64,000 bases of DNA from Lentisphaerota bacterium. Its GTDB lineage: Bacteria; Verrucomicrobiota; Lentisphaeria; Victivallales; UBA1829. The translations under genes and the position numbers were made by a program. The stretch is from the NCBI GenBank assembly GCA_015061915.1, contig SUVR01000001.1, positions 156,991 through 220,990 of the forward strand, in the 5' to 3' direction. Below, one piece after another: positions 26,492-34,950 of this stretch; positions within the stretch are counted from its first letter, which is position 1; every line of letters begins with the position of its first letter. The notes below the pieces were generated by a model. It saw only the letters and a list, made by a program, of their open reading frames with translations, searched no databases and was not told the origin of the DNA.

Positions 26492-26782
26492 TTATGCCAG
26501 GGTATCGAGCCAGGCACAGAGGTTTGCGGTGTAGGCATCGCCTTTTTCCGCGACCTGATCTTCGTAGACTTCCTTGAGCAGTTCTTTGAGTTCATCCAGC
26601 GTGAGGCTGTTGCCCATCAGTTCGCCGATGACACGGAGGAGTTCATCCTGTGTAAAATCGTAGTTTTCCGCTTTCATCAGGTCGCTGATCGCTTCCACAC
26701 TGGCAGCGCAGCCGATGGCATTACGGAAATCTTCATCGCTCATCATACACACACAAAACGCTTTTGCACTTTCAACGGACAT
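26492..26782 (-). CDS. Nif11-domain small protein, 96 aa
   Basis: The N-terminus MSVESAKAFCVCMMSDEDFRNAIGCAASVEAISDLMKAENYDFTQDEL follows the Nif11 pattern (MS.E.LKAF...D..L...L.......E.V.AIAKEAGF.IT.EEL). There is no Gly-Gly cleavage motif. Confidence 0.65.
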   Translation of the reverse strand: MSVESAKAFCVCMMSDEDFRNAIGCAASVEAISDLMKAENYDFTQDELLRVIGELMGNSLTLDELKELLKEVYEDQVAEKGDAYTANLCAWLDTLA

Positions 26783-26828
26783 GGTTCTTTTTCCTTCTGT
26801 TTTCTGTTATATTTTGATTGAGTTCGGA

Positions 26829-27788
26829 TCATTCTTTGAACCGGAAAGTCCGGTTTGAACCTTTCTGGAGCAGGGGAGACGGAACGGCTTTCTGTCCCTT
26901 TGCTGCAAGCCGGATCTGCCGGACATATTCCTGCAGGAGCGGATTTTTTCCTTTTGCAAGAATTTTCTCCAGTTTCGGTTCAAGGACTTTCAGTGTTTTT
27001 GCCACAACGGGTTCTTTTGCGTGTTCAAGCAGAGCCATATAAGCGGCGGCACGAACCGCATCGTGGTCAAATTTCTTTACAAAACCGGAGCCGATCGAAA
27101 AACGGATATAATCCTTTTCAACGATCATCTGCAATTTTTTTACAGCAGGTGCGGAAAGCGTTTTTTGTGCGGCGATCGAGCGGATCGCTTCCAGCCGGAT
27201 CAACGGGTGTTCATTGCTGTCGATGACCGCCAGCAACTCCTGCAGCGAAGGGTTGTGCAGCCGGAAGAAATGCAGCTGTTTTTCCGTGATTTCATTTTGG
27301 ACGGCAGGATGGCTCTGCACTGCAGACGCATCGGGATTCAACAGCCGTTCCGCCGCCAGCTTTTCCGGCAGATAAGTGGATTTGCGGGATTTTTCATACT
27401 CTGCCGCATTGGCAGGCTGCCAACGGACTTCCAGAAACGGCAGATTGACAGGTCGGCTGGTGTGTTGTGCCAGATTCGCCAGCGTGGAAAGGATATCCGC
27501 CCGGACCGCAGGATCTTTTTCATCCGCCAAATGTGCGTCCAGAACCGTAAACAGATTCCGGTTGCAGCTGTTTCCAATGTCCCGGACGATCCGGGACCGG
27601 GTGATGGGATCGGAGATCGTTTTCAACAGATCTGCCTGTTTGCGCAGTTCCTCATCGCTCATATAGCGGGAGGTATATTCCGGTGTATCGATCACCAGAT
27701 GCGAAATGGGTTCCTGTTTCTGCCACAGCTCTGTAAACGCAGGGAACGCCGGAAGCAGGAGGAACAGGATCATCAAAGTGGTATTCAT
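26829..27788 (-). CDS. Secreted HEAT/PBS-lyase-like repeat protein (hypothetical)
   Basis: The signal peptide is MNTTLMILFLLLPAFPAFT. HEAT-like repeats recur along the protein: DPAVRADILSTLANL, EHPLIRLEAIRSIA and DHDAVRAAAYMAL. Confidence 0.7.
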   Translation of the reverse strand: MNTTLMILFLLLPAFPAFTELWQKQEPISHLVIDTPEYTSRYMSDEELRKQADLLKTISDPITRSRIVRDIGNSCNRNLFTVLDAHLADEKDPAVRADILSTLANLAQHTSRPVNLPFLEVRWQPANAAEYEKSRKSTYLPEKLAAERLLNPDASAVQSHPAVQNEITEKQLHFFRLHNPSLQELLAVIDSNEHPLIRLEAIRSIAAQKTLSAPAVKKLQMIVEKDYIRFSIGSGFVKKFDHDAVRAAAYMALLEHAKEPVVAKTLKVLEPKLEKILAKGKNPLLQEYVRQIRLAAKGQKAVPSPLLQKGSNRTFRFKE

Positions 27789-27930
27789 CCGGAAAAATCC
27801 TTTGCTGTATATGGTTTGCTGTTTTCTACATTTTCATAACTGTAACATGAAAAAGACGATTTGTCAACCGGAAATGAGAACATCTTTCCGGAAAAGGCTT
27901 GATTTTTCTGCGAAACATTTGAAAAAAGAG

Positions 27931-27958
27931 TTGCTTTTTCCGGTCGGAATGCTATACT
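27931..27958 (+). promoter_or_regulatory. Candidate promoter of manA-argS
   Basis: TTGCTT (27931-27936), a 16-nt spacer, then TATACT (27953-27958). Confidence 0.4.
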
Positions 27959-28004
27959 ATAATAAAATAACACCATTGAACCTAACCTGGAAATATTGGA
28001 ACTG

Positions 28005-29015
28005 ATGAGCATAACTGGAAAAACGAAACTGTATCCTCTGCTGTTTGAACCGGCGTATAAGCAGGTGTTCTGGGGCGGCAGTAAACTGCGAACCGTGCTG
28101 CACCGGGATCTGCCGGAGGATTCACCGGCGATCGGGGAGGCATGGGAGATCTGCGACCGCCCGAATATCAGCAGCGAGGTAGTCAATGGTCCGCTGGCAG
28201 GCGTGACACTGCGCGAACTGGTGGAACGTTACGGCTCTGAACTGGTGGGCAAGACCTATACCGGCGGTCCGTTCCCCCTGATGGTGAAACTGCTGGATGC
28301 CGCTCAACCGATTTCCATACAAGTCCATGCCACGGAAGAATTTTGTGCCAGGCACGCTTCCGGCTGCGAACCGAAAGCTGAAATGTGGTTCGTTCTGGAT
28401 ACGGAACCCGGTTCGATGATCTATTCCGGGCTGCGCAGCACGGCAACCCGTCAGATCGTTCTCAGTACGATCCGGGAACTGGAACTGGAAACACAGCTTC
28501 AGCAGTTTGAAGCGGTGAAGGGCGATGCCTACTTTATTCCTGCCGGCAGAGTTCACTCTATGAGTGGCGGAAATCTGATCCTGGAAGTTTCACAGAACAG
28601 CGATACAACTTTCCGTCTGATGGATTGGAACCGGGTGGACGAGACCGGAGAAAAACGGGAACTGCACACCCATGATGCCGTCGTTACGATGGATTTTGTG
28701 GACCGCACCGTTTCCCGGATCTGCGGCGCAAGCAATACGACCAGTCACAACCGGAAATATCCGCTGGTGAACCGGTGTCCCCACTTCCATTGCGATGAAC
28801 TGATGCTGGTGGCGACCTGGCGCGATTCCACCGGGAATGGGCAGAGCTGCCATATTCTGACTGCAGTCAACCGGGCGTTTGATGTGATCACCGGCGATGG
28901 CGCCCAGGCCCGTGTGCAGTTCGGGGAATCGGTTTTGATCCCTGCCTGCTGCGGAGAGTACAGGATCGTGGTGGAAGCCGGAGTGGAAACCGATTTGATC
29001 CGTACCACCCTTTGA
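28005..29015 (+). CDS. manA: Mannose-6-phosphate isomerase, class I (short bacterial type)
   Basis: The motifs LYPLLFEP..K..FWGG, GEAWEI, PLMVKLLDAAQPISIQVH and FIPAGRVHSM...EVSQNSDTTFRLMDWNR match this class. The start is the ATG at 28005, with an alternative TTG at 27996. Confidence 0.8.
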   Translation: MSITGKTKLYPLLFEPAYKQVFWGGSKLRTVLHRDLPEDSPAIGEAWEICDRPNISSEVVNGPLAGVTLRELVERYGSELVGKTYTGGPFPLMVKLLDAAQPISIQVHATEEFCARHASGCEPKAEMWFVLDTEPGSMIYSGLRSTATRQIVLSTIRELELETQLQQFEAVKGDAYFIPAGRVHSMSGGNLILEVSQNSDTTFRLMDWNRVDETGEKRELHTHDAVVTMDFVDRTVSRICGASNTTSHNRKYPLVNRCPHFHCDELMLVATWRDSTGNGQSCHILTAVNRAFDVITGDGAQARVQFGESVLIPACCGEYRIVVEAGVETDLIRTTL

Positions 29016-29057
29016 GAATTTTTGCAACATTTAACATACATTCAGGAAAGAAACTCA

Positions 29058-30854
29058 ATGAATCTGAAATGTCTTGACGATTTGCGTGATCATCTGATTG
29101 CGGCTCACCCCAACTGCAAAGCAACCGCCTCCTTTGAGATCCTCTGGGAACCCTGTCCCGCTGGAATGAATGGCGATATTACCGTAAACTGTTTCCGGAT
29201 CGCCCGGGATTTTGCCAGCGCACCGGATGCTCTGGCAGAAGAGGCAAAGAACTTTCTGGAACAACATACCGATGTGGCAGGTGTGGAAAAGATCAAAGCA
29301 TTCGTGAATGTGACTCTGAATGCCGCCGGACTCTTCCGCGACTCCGTTGCCGATGTGAAAAAACTGATGGCGGATGTTGCTCTGCCCGAATCCGAAACAA
29401 AAAAGATCCTGGTGGAATATTCCGCACCGAATACCAATAAACCCCAGCATCTGGGACACGTCCGCAACAATACGCTGGGGATGTCTCTCGTTTCCCTTCT
29501 CGCACGCGCAGGTCACAACATGGTCCCGGTGAACCTGGTCAATGACCGGGGGATCCATATCTGCAAATCCATGCTCGCTTATCAGCGCTGCGGCAACAAT
29601 GTGCTGCCGGAAGAAGCCGGGATCAAGGGCGACCATTACGTTGGCGACTTCTATGTGAAGTACAACAATATGCTTTCCGATGAGATCAAAGCCCTTAAAG
29701 CCGCGAAACCGGAACTTGCCGACAAGAGCAGCGATGAACTGTTCCTGGAGACGGAGATCGGGCGTGAAGCACAGGAAATGCTCCGTAAGTGGGAAGCCGG
29801 CGATGAAGACGTGGTCGCTCTCTGGAAAAAAATGAATGAATGGGTCTTCAAGGGCTTTGCGGAAACCTATACCCGTATGGGCGTGAAGTTTGTCAAGACT
29901 TATCTGGAAAGCAATACCTATCTGCTGGGCAAGGAAGTGATCGCAGAAAATCTGGAAAAAGGCGTGTTCCAGTACCGGGAAGATGGTGCCGTGATCGCCG
30001 ATCTGGGCAAGCTGGGGCAGAAAGTATTGCTCCGCAAGGACGGTACCAGCGTGTATATTACGCAGGACATCGGAACAACTCTGCTCAAGCACAGCGAACA
30101 CGATCCCGATTCCATGATCTGGGTCGTGGGCGATGAACAGAATCTCCACTTCCAGATGCTCTTCAAGATCCTGAAGATGATGGGCGCTGACTGGGCAGAT
30201 AAACTTTATCACCTCTCCTACGGTATGGTCAACCTGCCCAGCGGCAGAATGAAAAGCCGGGAAGGTACCGTGGTGGATGCCGATGACCTCTTCGATGAAA
30301 TGCACAATCTGGCAAAACAGGCAACGCTGGAACGGCTCGGCGAAGGCGAAGAAGCTCCCGCAGACCTGGAAGAACGGGCAGAAACTATCGGTATGGGCGC
30401 CCTCAAGTTCATGCTCCTCAAGTTCAACCCGAAGACCACGATCCTCTTCGATCCCCAGGCGTCCCTCCGTTTTGAAGGCGATACGGGTCCGTATGTGCAG
30501 TATGTCTGCGCACGAATCAACTCCATTGCACGAAAAGCCGCTGAACGGGGGCTGACCGATGGCACGATCGACTGGAGCCTGCTGGACAGCCCCGAAGAAA
30601 AAGCCCTCGCCGTCACCGCCTTGAGATATCGTACCGCCATTCGCGGCGCCGCAGAAAAGATGGACTGCTCCGTGCTGGTCCTCTATCTGCTGGATCTCGC
30701 CAAGGCATTCAACCGCTTCTATCGTGAGAAACAGGTCCTCAATGCCGATGACGCCAACGTGCGGGCAACAAGACTCGCTCTCTGCTATGCCGTCCGTGAC
30801 ATCCTGACCGACGGTCTGGCGACCCTGACCATCGGCGTGCCGCAGGCAATGTAA
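29058..30854 (+). CDS. argS: Arginine--tRNA ligase
   Basis: The start was moved to the ATG at 29058. The motifs VEYSAPNTNKPQHLGHVRN, GDEQNLHF and the C-terminal anticodon-binding domain (DALR-type) are present. Confidence 0.93.
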   Translation: MNLKCLDDLRDHLIAAHPNCKATASFEILWEPCPAGMNGDITVNCFRIARDFASAPDALAEEAKNFLEQHTDVAGVEKIKAFVNVTLNAAGLFRDSVADVKKLMADVALPESETKKILVEYSAPNTNKPQHLGHVRNNTLGMSLVSLLARAGHNMVPVNLVNDRGIHICKSMLAYQRCGNNVLPEEAGIKGDHYVGDFYVKYNNMLSDEIKALKAAKPELADKSSDELFLETEIGREAQEMLRKWEAGDEDVVALWKKMNEWVFKGFAETYTRMGVKFVKTYLESNTYLLGKEVIAENLEKGVFQYREDGAVIADLGKLGQKVLLRKDGTSVYITQDIGTTLLKHSEHDPDSMIWVVGDEQNLHFQMLFKILKMMGADWADKLYHLSYGMVNLPSGRMKSREGTVVDADDLFDEMHNLAKQATLERLGEGEEAPADLEERAETIGMGALKFMLLKFNPKTTILFDPQASLRFEGDTGPYVQYVCARINSIARKAAERGLTDGTIDWSLLDSPEEKALAVTALRYRTAIRGAAEKMDCSVLVLYLLDLAKAFNRFYREKQVLNADDANVRATRLALCYAVRDILTDGLATLTIGVPQAM

Positions 30855-30860
30855 GCAGCG

Positions 30861-32441
30861 ATGGATAATAAGAACAACACAGCAGCACAGCCTTCCGTCA
30901 CCGCAACCGGCAGCAGTACCGCCGCAGGGCGCTCCGGCAGGACCGCAGAGCGGTCCGCAGCCGGGCAGGCAGCCCCGCCGCCGCTGACGCCGTCAGCGGC
31001 GCTGGCGGAGCTGATGCCCGGCTTGTCTGCCGGTGACCCGGCAGACGCCGGAGCGCCCGCGGCGGTATCTGCTGCCTTTATCAAGCCGGGGCGTATATCT
31101 TTTTTCAACTCTGCATTTGCGGTTTTTCTGGTGGCGTTGTTCTGCCGTCTGCTGTTTGCGTGGAGTGGGATCTCGGAGCCGGAAGCTGCCCGGTTTTACC
31201 GTCCGGACTCTGCCGGTTATCTGGCGCCTGCGCTTTCGCTGGCGGAGCGGGGTGAGTACCGGGGACCGGATGGCGCTCTGACTGCCCACCGGACGCCGGG
31301 GCTGCCGGCGTTTCTCGGGGTTCTGGTGACATTCGGTATCCGTCCGGCGTCGGAAGCGGATACGGTCTGGATTTCTGTTTTTCTGTTGGTTCTGGGAGCG
31401 TTGACGGTTTTTCCTGTTTACTGTTCCTGTCGATATGTTTCTTCCAGAACGGGCAGTGCGCTGGCGGCGTTGCTGTTTGCTCTGAATCCGACGGCGATCG
31501 CCCATTCGCCCATGCTGCTTTCCGACACTTTCTTCACGCTGATGACGGCTTTTGTGCTGTTTTTCTTTATCTCGTTTGCGTTCGGGATCCGGAAAGATCC
31601 TTTTTATTACTTTTCGGCAGTGACGATGGCTGCGTTATCGGCGCTGGTCCGTCCGGTCAATCTGCTGTTTTTTGTACCGTTGATCGTTGCATTGGTCCTG
31701 ACCGGCTCCATTCCCCGGAAACGGAAGCTGATCTTTTCTGCGGTGACCTGCCTGATCTTTTTTGCGGTCCTGTTCCCGTGGATCGCCCGTAACCATGCCA
31801 TCGGTTCCGGCTGGCGTCTGGATGCCAGCAGTGCAACAACGATGATGCACAATGCGTCTGCGCTGGAAAGTGTTGTAACCGGGATCGACGGTGCAGAACT
31901 GCGGCGCCGATATGAGGAATCTTGTCATCTGGAATTCGATTCCGATCCGTTCCGTTACCGGACTGCCGGGGCGCGGATGGACTACACGGAGCGTGAGATG
32001 GCGTCGAAGATCCTTGCCCATCCGTTCCTTTATGCTTTCCTTTCGCTGCGCCCCTGGGTATTCCTGCCGGATGTCCCGACGCTGCTGGAAAATCAGGGCA
32101 TCACCCGGACGGAACGGGGAACCTTTGATGTCTTGAACCGGAAAGGGATCTTTGCTGCGGTGCAGCACTATTTTGACGGCAACGGCGGGGCTTTGGCTGC
32201 CACGATCCCGCTGCTGTTGATGGTGCTGATCCTTTATCTTTCTGCCGCTGCAGGCTGGATCATGACAATTTGCAAAAAACAATGGCTGACTGCATTTCTG
32301 CTGATCGGGTTCGGTCTGTACTATACCCTGATGACCGGACCGGTGCAGATGCCCCGTTATCAGCTGCCCGCCCTGCCGGTATTCTGTTTCTTTGCTGCGA
32401 TTGCTTTTCAAACCGTTTTCAACCGTCGGGAGAAGGTATGA
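30861..32441 (+). CDS. GT-C glycosyltransferase, PMT_2/ArnT-like (family 39/83-like), copy 1
   Basis: This is a polytopic membrane protein. The first-loop motif is RPDSAGYLAPALSLAERGEY. The N-terminus has a low-complexity Ala/Ser/Gly/Pro stretch of about 75 aa. Confidence 0.75.
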   Translation: MDNKNNTAAQPSVTATGSSTAAGRSGRTAERSAAGQAAPPPLTPSAALAELMPGLSAGDPADAGAPAAVSAAFIKPGRISFFNSAFAVFLVALFCRLLFAWSGISEPEAARFYRPDSAGYLAPALSLAERGEYRGPDGALTAHRTPGLPAFLGVLVTFGIRPASEADTVWISVFLLVLGALTVFPVYCSCRYVSSRTGSALAALLFALNPTAIAHSPMLLSDTFFTLMTAFVLFFFISFAFGIRKDPFYYFSAVTMAALSALVRPVNLLFFVPLIVALVLTGSIPRKRKLIFSAVTCLIFFAVLFPWIARNHAIGSGWRLDASSATTMMHNASALESVVTGIDGAELRRRYEESCHLEFDSDPFRYRTAGARMDYTEREMASKILAHPFLYAFLSLRPWVFLPDVPTLLENQGITRTERGTFDVLNRKGIFAAVQHYFDGNGGALAATIPLLLMVLILYLSAAAGWIMTICKKQWLTAFLLIGFGLYYTLMTGPVQMPRYQLPALPVFCFFAAIAFQTVFNRREKV

Positions 32442-33742
32442 ATCGCGGACTGCTGCTTGCTCTCGGCTTGATCTTTCTGTTTCATCTTTCTGCAGGGTTG
32501 TATCTTGTTTATCAGAGACCGGCTCTGTTTTTTCAGAACGATGCGGAAGAATATTACGAACTTGGTAAAAATCTGGGCGAGCGTGGCGAATTTGTGATTG
32601 AAAAACAGCGCTACTATGAACCGCGCCGGTCGAAGATCATTCCGGAAGCGTACCGGACCCAGATTTTTTCCGTTGCGCACGGGGCACTGGTGTACTGCCG
32701 GATCCCTGCGCCGGCTGCGGCGGCATTGCTGCTGGCACTGATCTCGGTCGTTTCCGGCTGGCTGATGTATGCGATCGCTTACCGTCTGACCGGAGGATCG
32801 GTGAGTGCTTCCTATCTTGCTCTGATCCTTTATCAACTGCATCCGCTGCTGGGCTTGTATTCGGTCCAGTTCGGCTCGGAGGCTATGTTTACTGCGGGAT
32901 TGCTCTGGTTTTATTACTCCCTGATCTCATACCGCGGCTGGAAACAGATCATTCTTGCCGCCGTTGCCGGAGCCGTTACCACTCTGGTACGCCCGACGGC
33001 GCTGGTGTTCCTGCCGGCGGGTGTGTGCCTGATCTTTTTCCTTGCCCGATCCTTCCATTACCGGATCTGGCTGAAAGCGGGCGTGTATGCGGCGTTGTTC
33101 TTTCTGATCCTTGCTCCGGCAGGGATCCGCAGCCTGATCCAGTCCGGTTCTTTCTCCCTGACCGGGTATCTGGGCGGATACAATCTTTATGTGGGAAACA
33201 ACCGTCACAATCTGGCGGCATATACGGCGGATAACGGACACGATTTTCTGCATCATCAGACGCTGGGCTGGAACGAGGCGATCTCGCTGGTGCAGGCTCT
33301 GCCCGCAGATACGACGCCCGCCGAAGCCGACCGGTATATGATGACCCGTGCGAAACAGGAGCTGGCGGAGATGGGACCCGGTAATGTGATCCGGCTTTTT
33401 GCCGGGAAAGCGTGGCATTTTCTGCGTCCCTATCCGCTGCCGGATATCCACGGTACTTTCAAGTTCTGGGCAATGACGCTGCTGGAATCGTTATTGTTCC
33501 TTGCGGGGATCGCTGGCGCTTTCTTCCTCTGGAAAAAAGAAAAGGCAGCTTTCTGGGCTGCCCTGATGATCATCGGGTCCGGGTTTGCAGGTCACACGCT
33601 GGTCCATGTGTATATGCGCCACCGGGTGCCGTTTCTGATCCCGTTCCTGATTCTGTTTTCAGCGGTTCTCTTTCAGCAGTTTCTTGCGTACCTTTCTGCA
33701 CGCAAAGAGCATCACGAGGTATTGGAAAGCGATCCTTGCTGA
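32438..33742 (+). CDS. GT-C glycosyltransferase, PMT_2/ArnT-like, copy 2
   Basis: The start is the ATG at 32438, which forms an ATGA overlap with the stop of copy 1. The first-loop motif is NDAEEYYELGKNLGERGEF. The protein is polytopic. Confidence 0.75.
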   Translation: MNRGLLLALGLIFLFHLSAGLYLVYQRPALFFQNDAEEYYELGKNLGERGEFVIEKQRYYEPRRSKIIPEAYRTQIFSVAHGALVYCRIPAPAAAALLLALISVVSGWLMYAIAYRLTGGSVSASYLALILYQLHPLLGLYSVQFGSEAMFTAGLLWFYYSLISYRGWKQIILAAVAGAVTTLVRPTALVFLPAGVCLIFFLARSFHYRIWLKAGVYAALFFLILAPAGIRSLIQSGSFSLTGYLGGYNLYVGNNRHNLAAYTADNGHDFLHHQTLGWNEAISLVQALPADTTPAEADRYMMTRAKQELAEMGPGNVIRLFAGKAWHFLRPYPLPDIHGTFKFWAMTLLESLLFLAGIAGAFFLWKKEKAAFWAALMIIGSGFAGHTLVHVYMRHRVPFLIPFLILFSAVLFQQFLAYLSARKEHHEVLESDPC

Positions 33743-34369
33743 CGTCTTGCTTTCTCCTGCATGGCGCAGGGCGAAACGGATCGGTGTCTCCCGGATCTTC
33801 AGATCCTGATCCAATGCCGTGGCGATCGATGCCATTTCCAGCATGATCTTGAATCCGCCCTGATTCAGATAGGGTAGAGTCGAGCGGAAAATTTCCTTTT
33901 TGACAGCAAAAAATCCGGACATGGGATCGTGCAGTTTTGTGCCGAGAAAGATTTTTGCCAGAAGGGCAGAAGCCCTGCTGACAAACAGTCGGAAGGCGGA
34001 CCAGCGTTCCTGAAAACCGCCGCCCGGAACGAAACGGGATCCCACCGCAAAACCGCAGGCGAGGGCATCCTGAATGACTGCCGGAAGATCTTCGGGGCGG
34101 TGCTGACCATCTGCATCCATACAGATCAGCAGATCGCCTTTTGCCCGTTCAAAACCGTAGACTACGCTGGCGGAAAGTCCCCGGGGACCTTCGTGCAGCA
34201 GAACTTTTGTTTCGGGATTGGCTTTTTCAGCGGCTTCTGCCGTGCCGTCCGGCGAGTGATCATCGCAGACAATGATTTCCAGATCGGGGATGTTCAGCGC
34301 GCGGATTGCGGAGATCGTTTTACCGATATTTTCCGCTTCGTTGTATGTGGGAAAAACAAGGGAGATCAT
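33659..34369 (-). CDS. Polyprenyl-phosphate sugar synthase (GT2; Dpm1/Ppm1/ArnC-like)
   Basis: The motifs ISLVFPTYNEAENI, IIVCDDHSPDGT and ICMDADGQH are present, and the C-terminus is hydrophobic. Its last 84 nt overlap the convergent GT-C gene. Confidence 0.85.
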   Translation of the reverse strand: MISLVFPTYNEAENIGKTISAIRALNIPDLEIIVCDDHSPDGTAEAAEKANPETKVLLHEGPRGLSASVVYGFERAKGDLLICMDADGQHRPEDLPAVIQDALACGFAVGSRFVPGGGFQERWSAFRLFVSRASALLAKIFLGTKLHDPMSGFFAVKKEIFRSTLPYLNQGGFKIMLEMASIATALDQDLKIRETPIRFALRHAGESKTSARIAFQYLVMLFACRKVRKKLLKENR

Positions 34370-34932
34370 TGGTTCAGGATTTTTCCGGTTGAGAATGCAA
34401 CTTTTTTCAGTGCCTGGATCCGGTTCAAGGCAGCGACCTTGAAGATCGCAGCCAGAATCACAAAAAGCACGGTCACAGGACCGGTCGCTTTATTGGCATA
34501 TTCCGGCAGAAAGACCTGCAGACAAGCCAGTGCGGCGGCATAGAGCAGGGAGAGTGTGGTGGCGAACCGTGCCAGCCGGAACTCGAAGGAGCTGTCCTCG
34601 TTGTCGGCGAGGCGTTTTTCATAGAGATCGGGATCAGCGCCCTTCGCCTTCAGCTGCAGCAGCAGTTTCCGGTTGAGACTCCGGTAACAGAAGATCAGAT
34701 TTGCCGTATGGCGCAGTTCGATCGTAACCACGAAAGCGTACACGATCAACAGCACGGCAATGATCATACCGAAAGTGGGCGAGATGGGCATGACCAGAGT
34801 CAACATTGCGAACACGATGGCATAAAGCACCGTTACCAGCACCGTTTTCTGGCGATGCCGTTTGATGCGCGATTCATTGTTGCAGGCGATAAACAACCGT
34901 TCTTCCGCCGGAGTCAGTTGCAGTTCATCCAT
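34366..34932 (-). CDS. Membrane protein (hypothetical, about 4 TM helices)
   Basis: It forms an ATGA overlap with the downstream GT2 gene. Hydrophobic helices are evident. I recognise no family. Confidence 0.65.
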   Translation of the reverse strand: MDELQLTPAEERLFIACNNESRIKRHRQKTVLVTVLYAIVFAMLTLVMPISPTFGMIIAVLLIVYAFVVTIELRHTANLIFCYRSLNRKLLLQLKAKGADPDLYEKRLADNEDSSFEFRLARFATTLSLLYAAALACLQVFLPEYANKATGPVTVLFVILAAIFKVAALNRIQALKKVAFSTGKILNQ

Positions 34933-34950
34933 AAGTCCGGTGATCCTTTC

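Noticed and set aside
32270-32437. A 56-codon upstream extension of the second GT-C gene
   Set aside because: It lies entirely inside the first GT-C gene in another frame. The ATG at 32438 forms a classic ATGA stop-start overlap and begins a signal-anchor helix.
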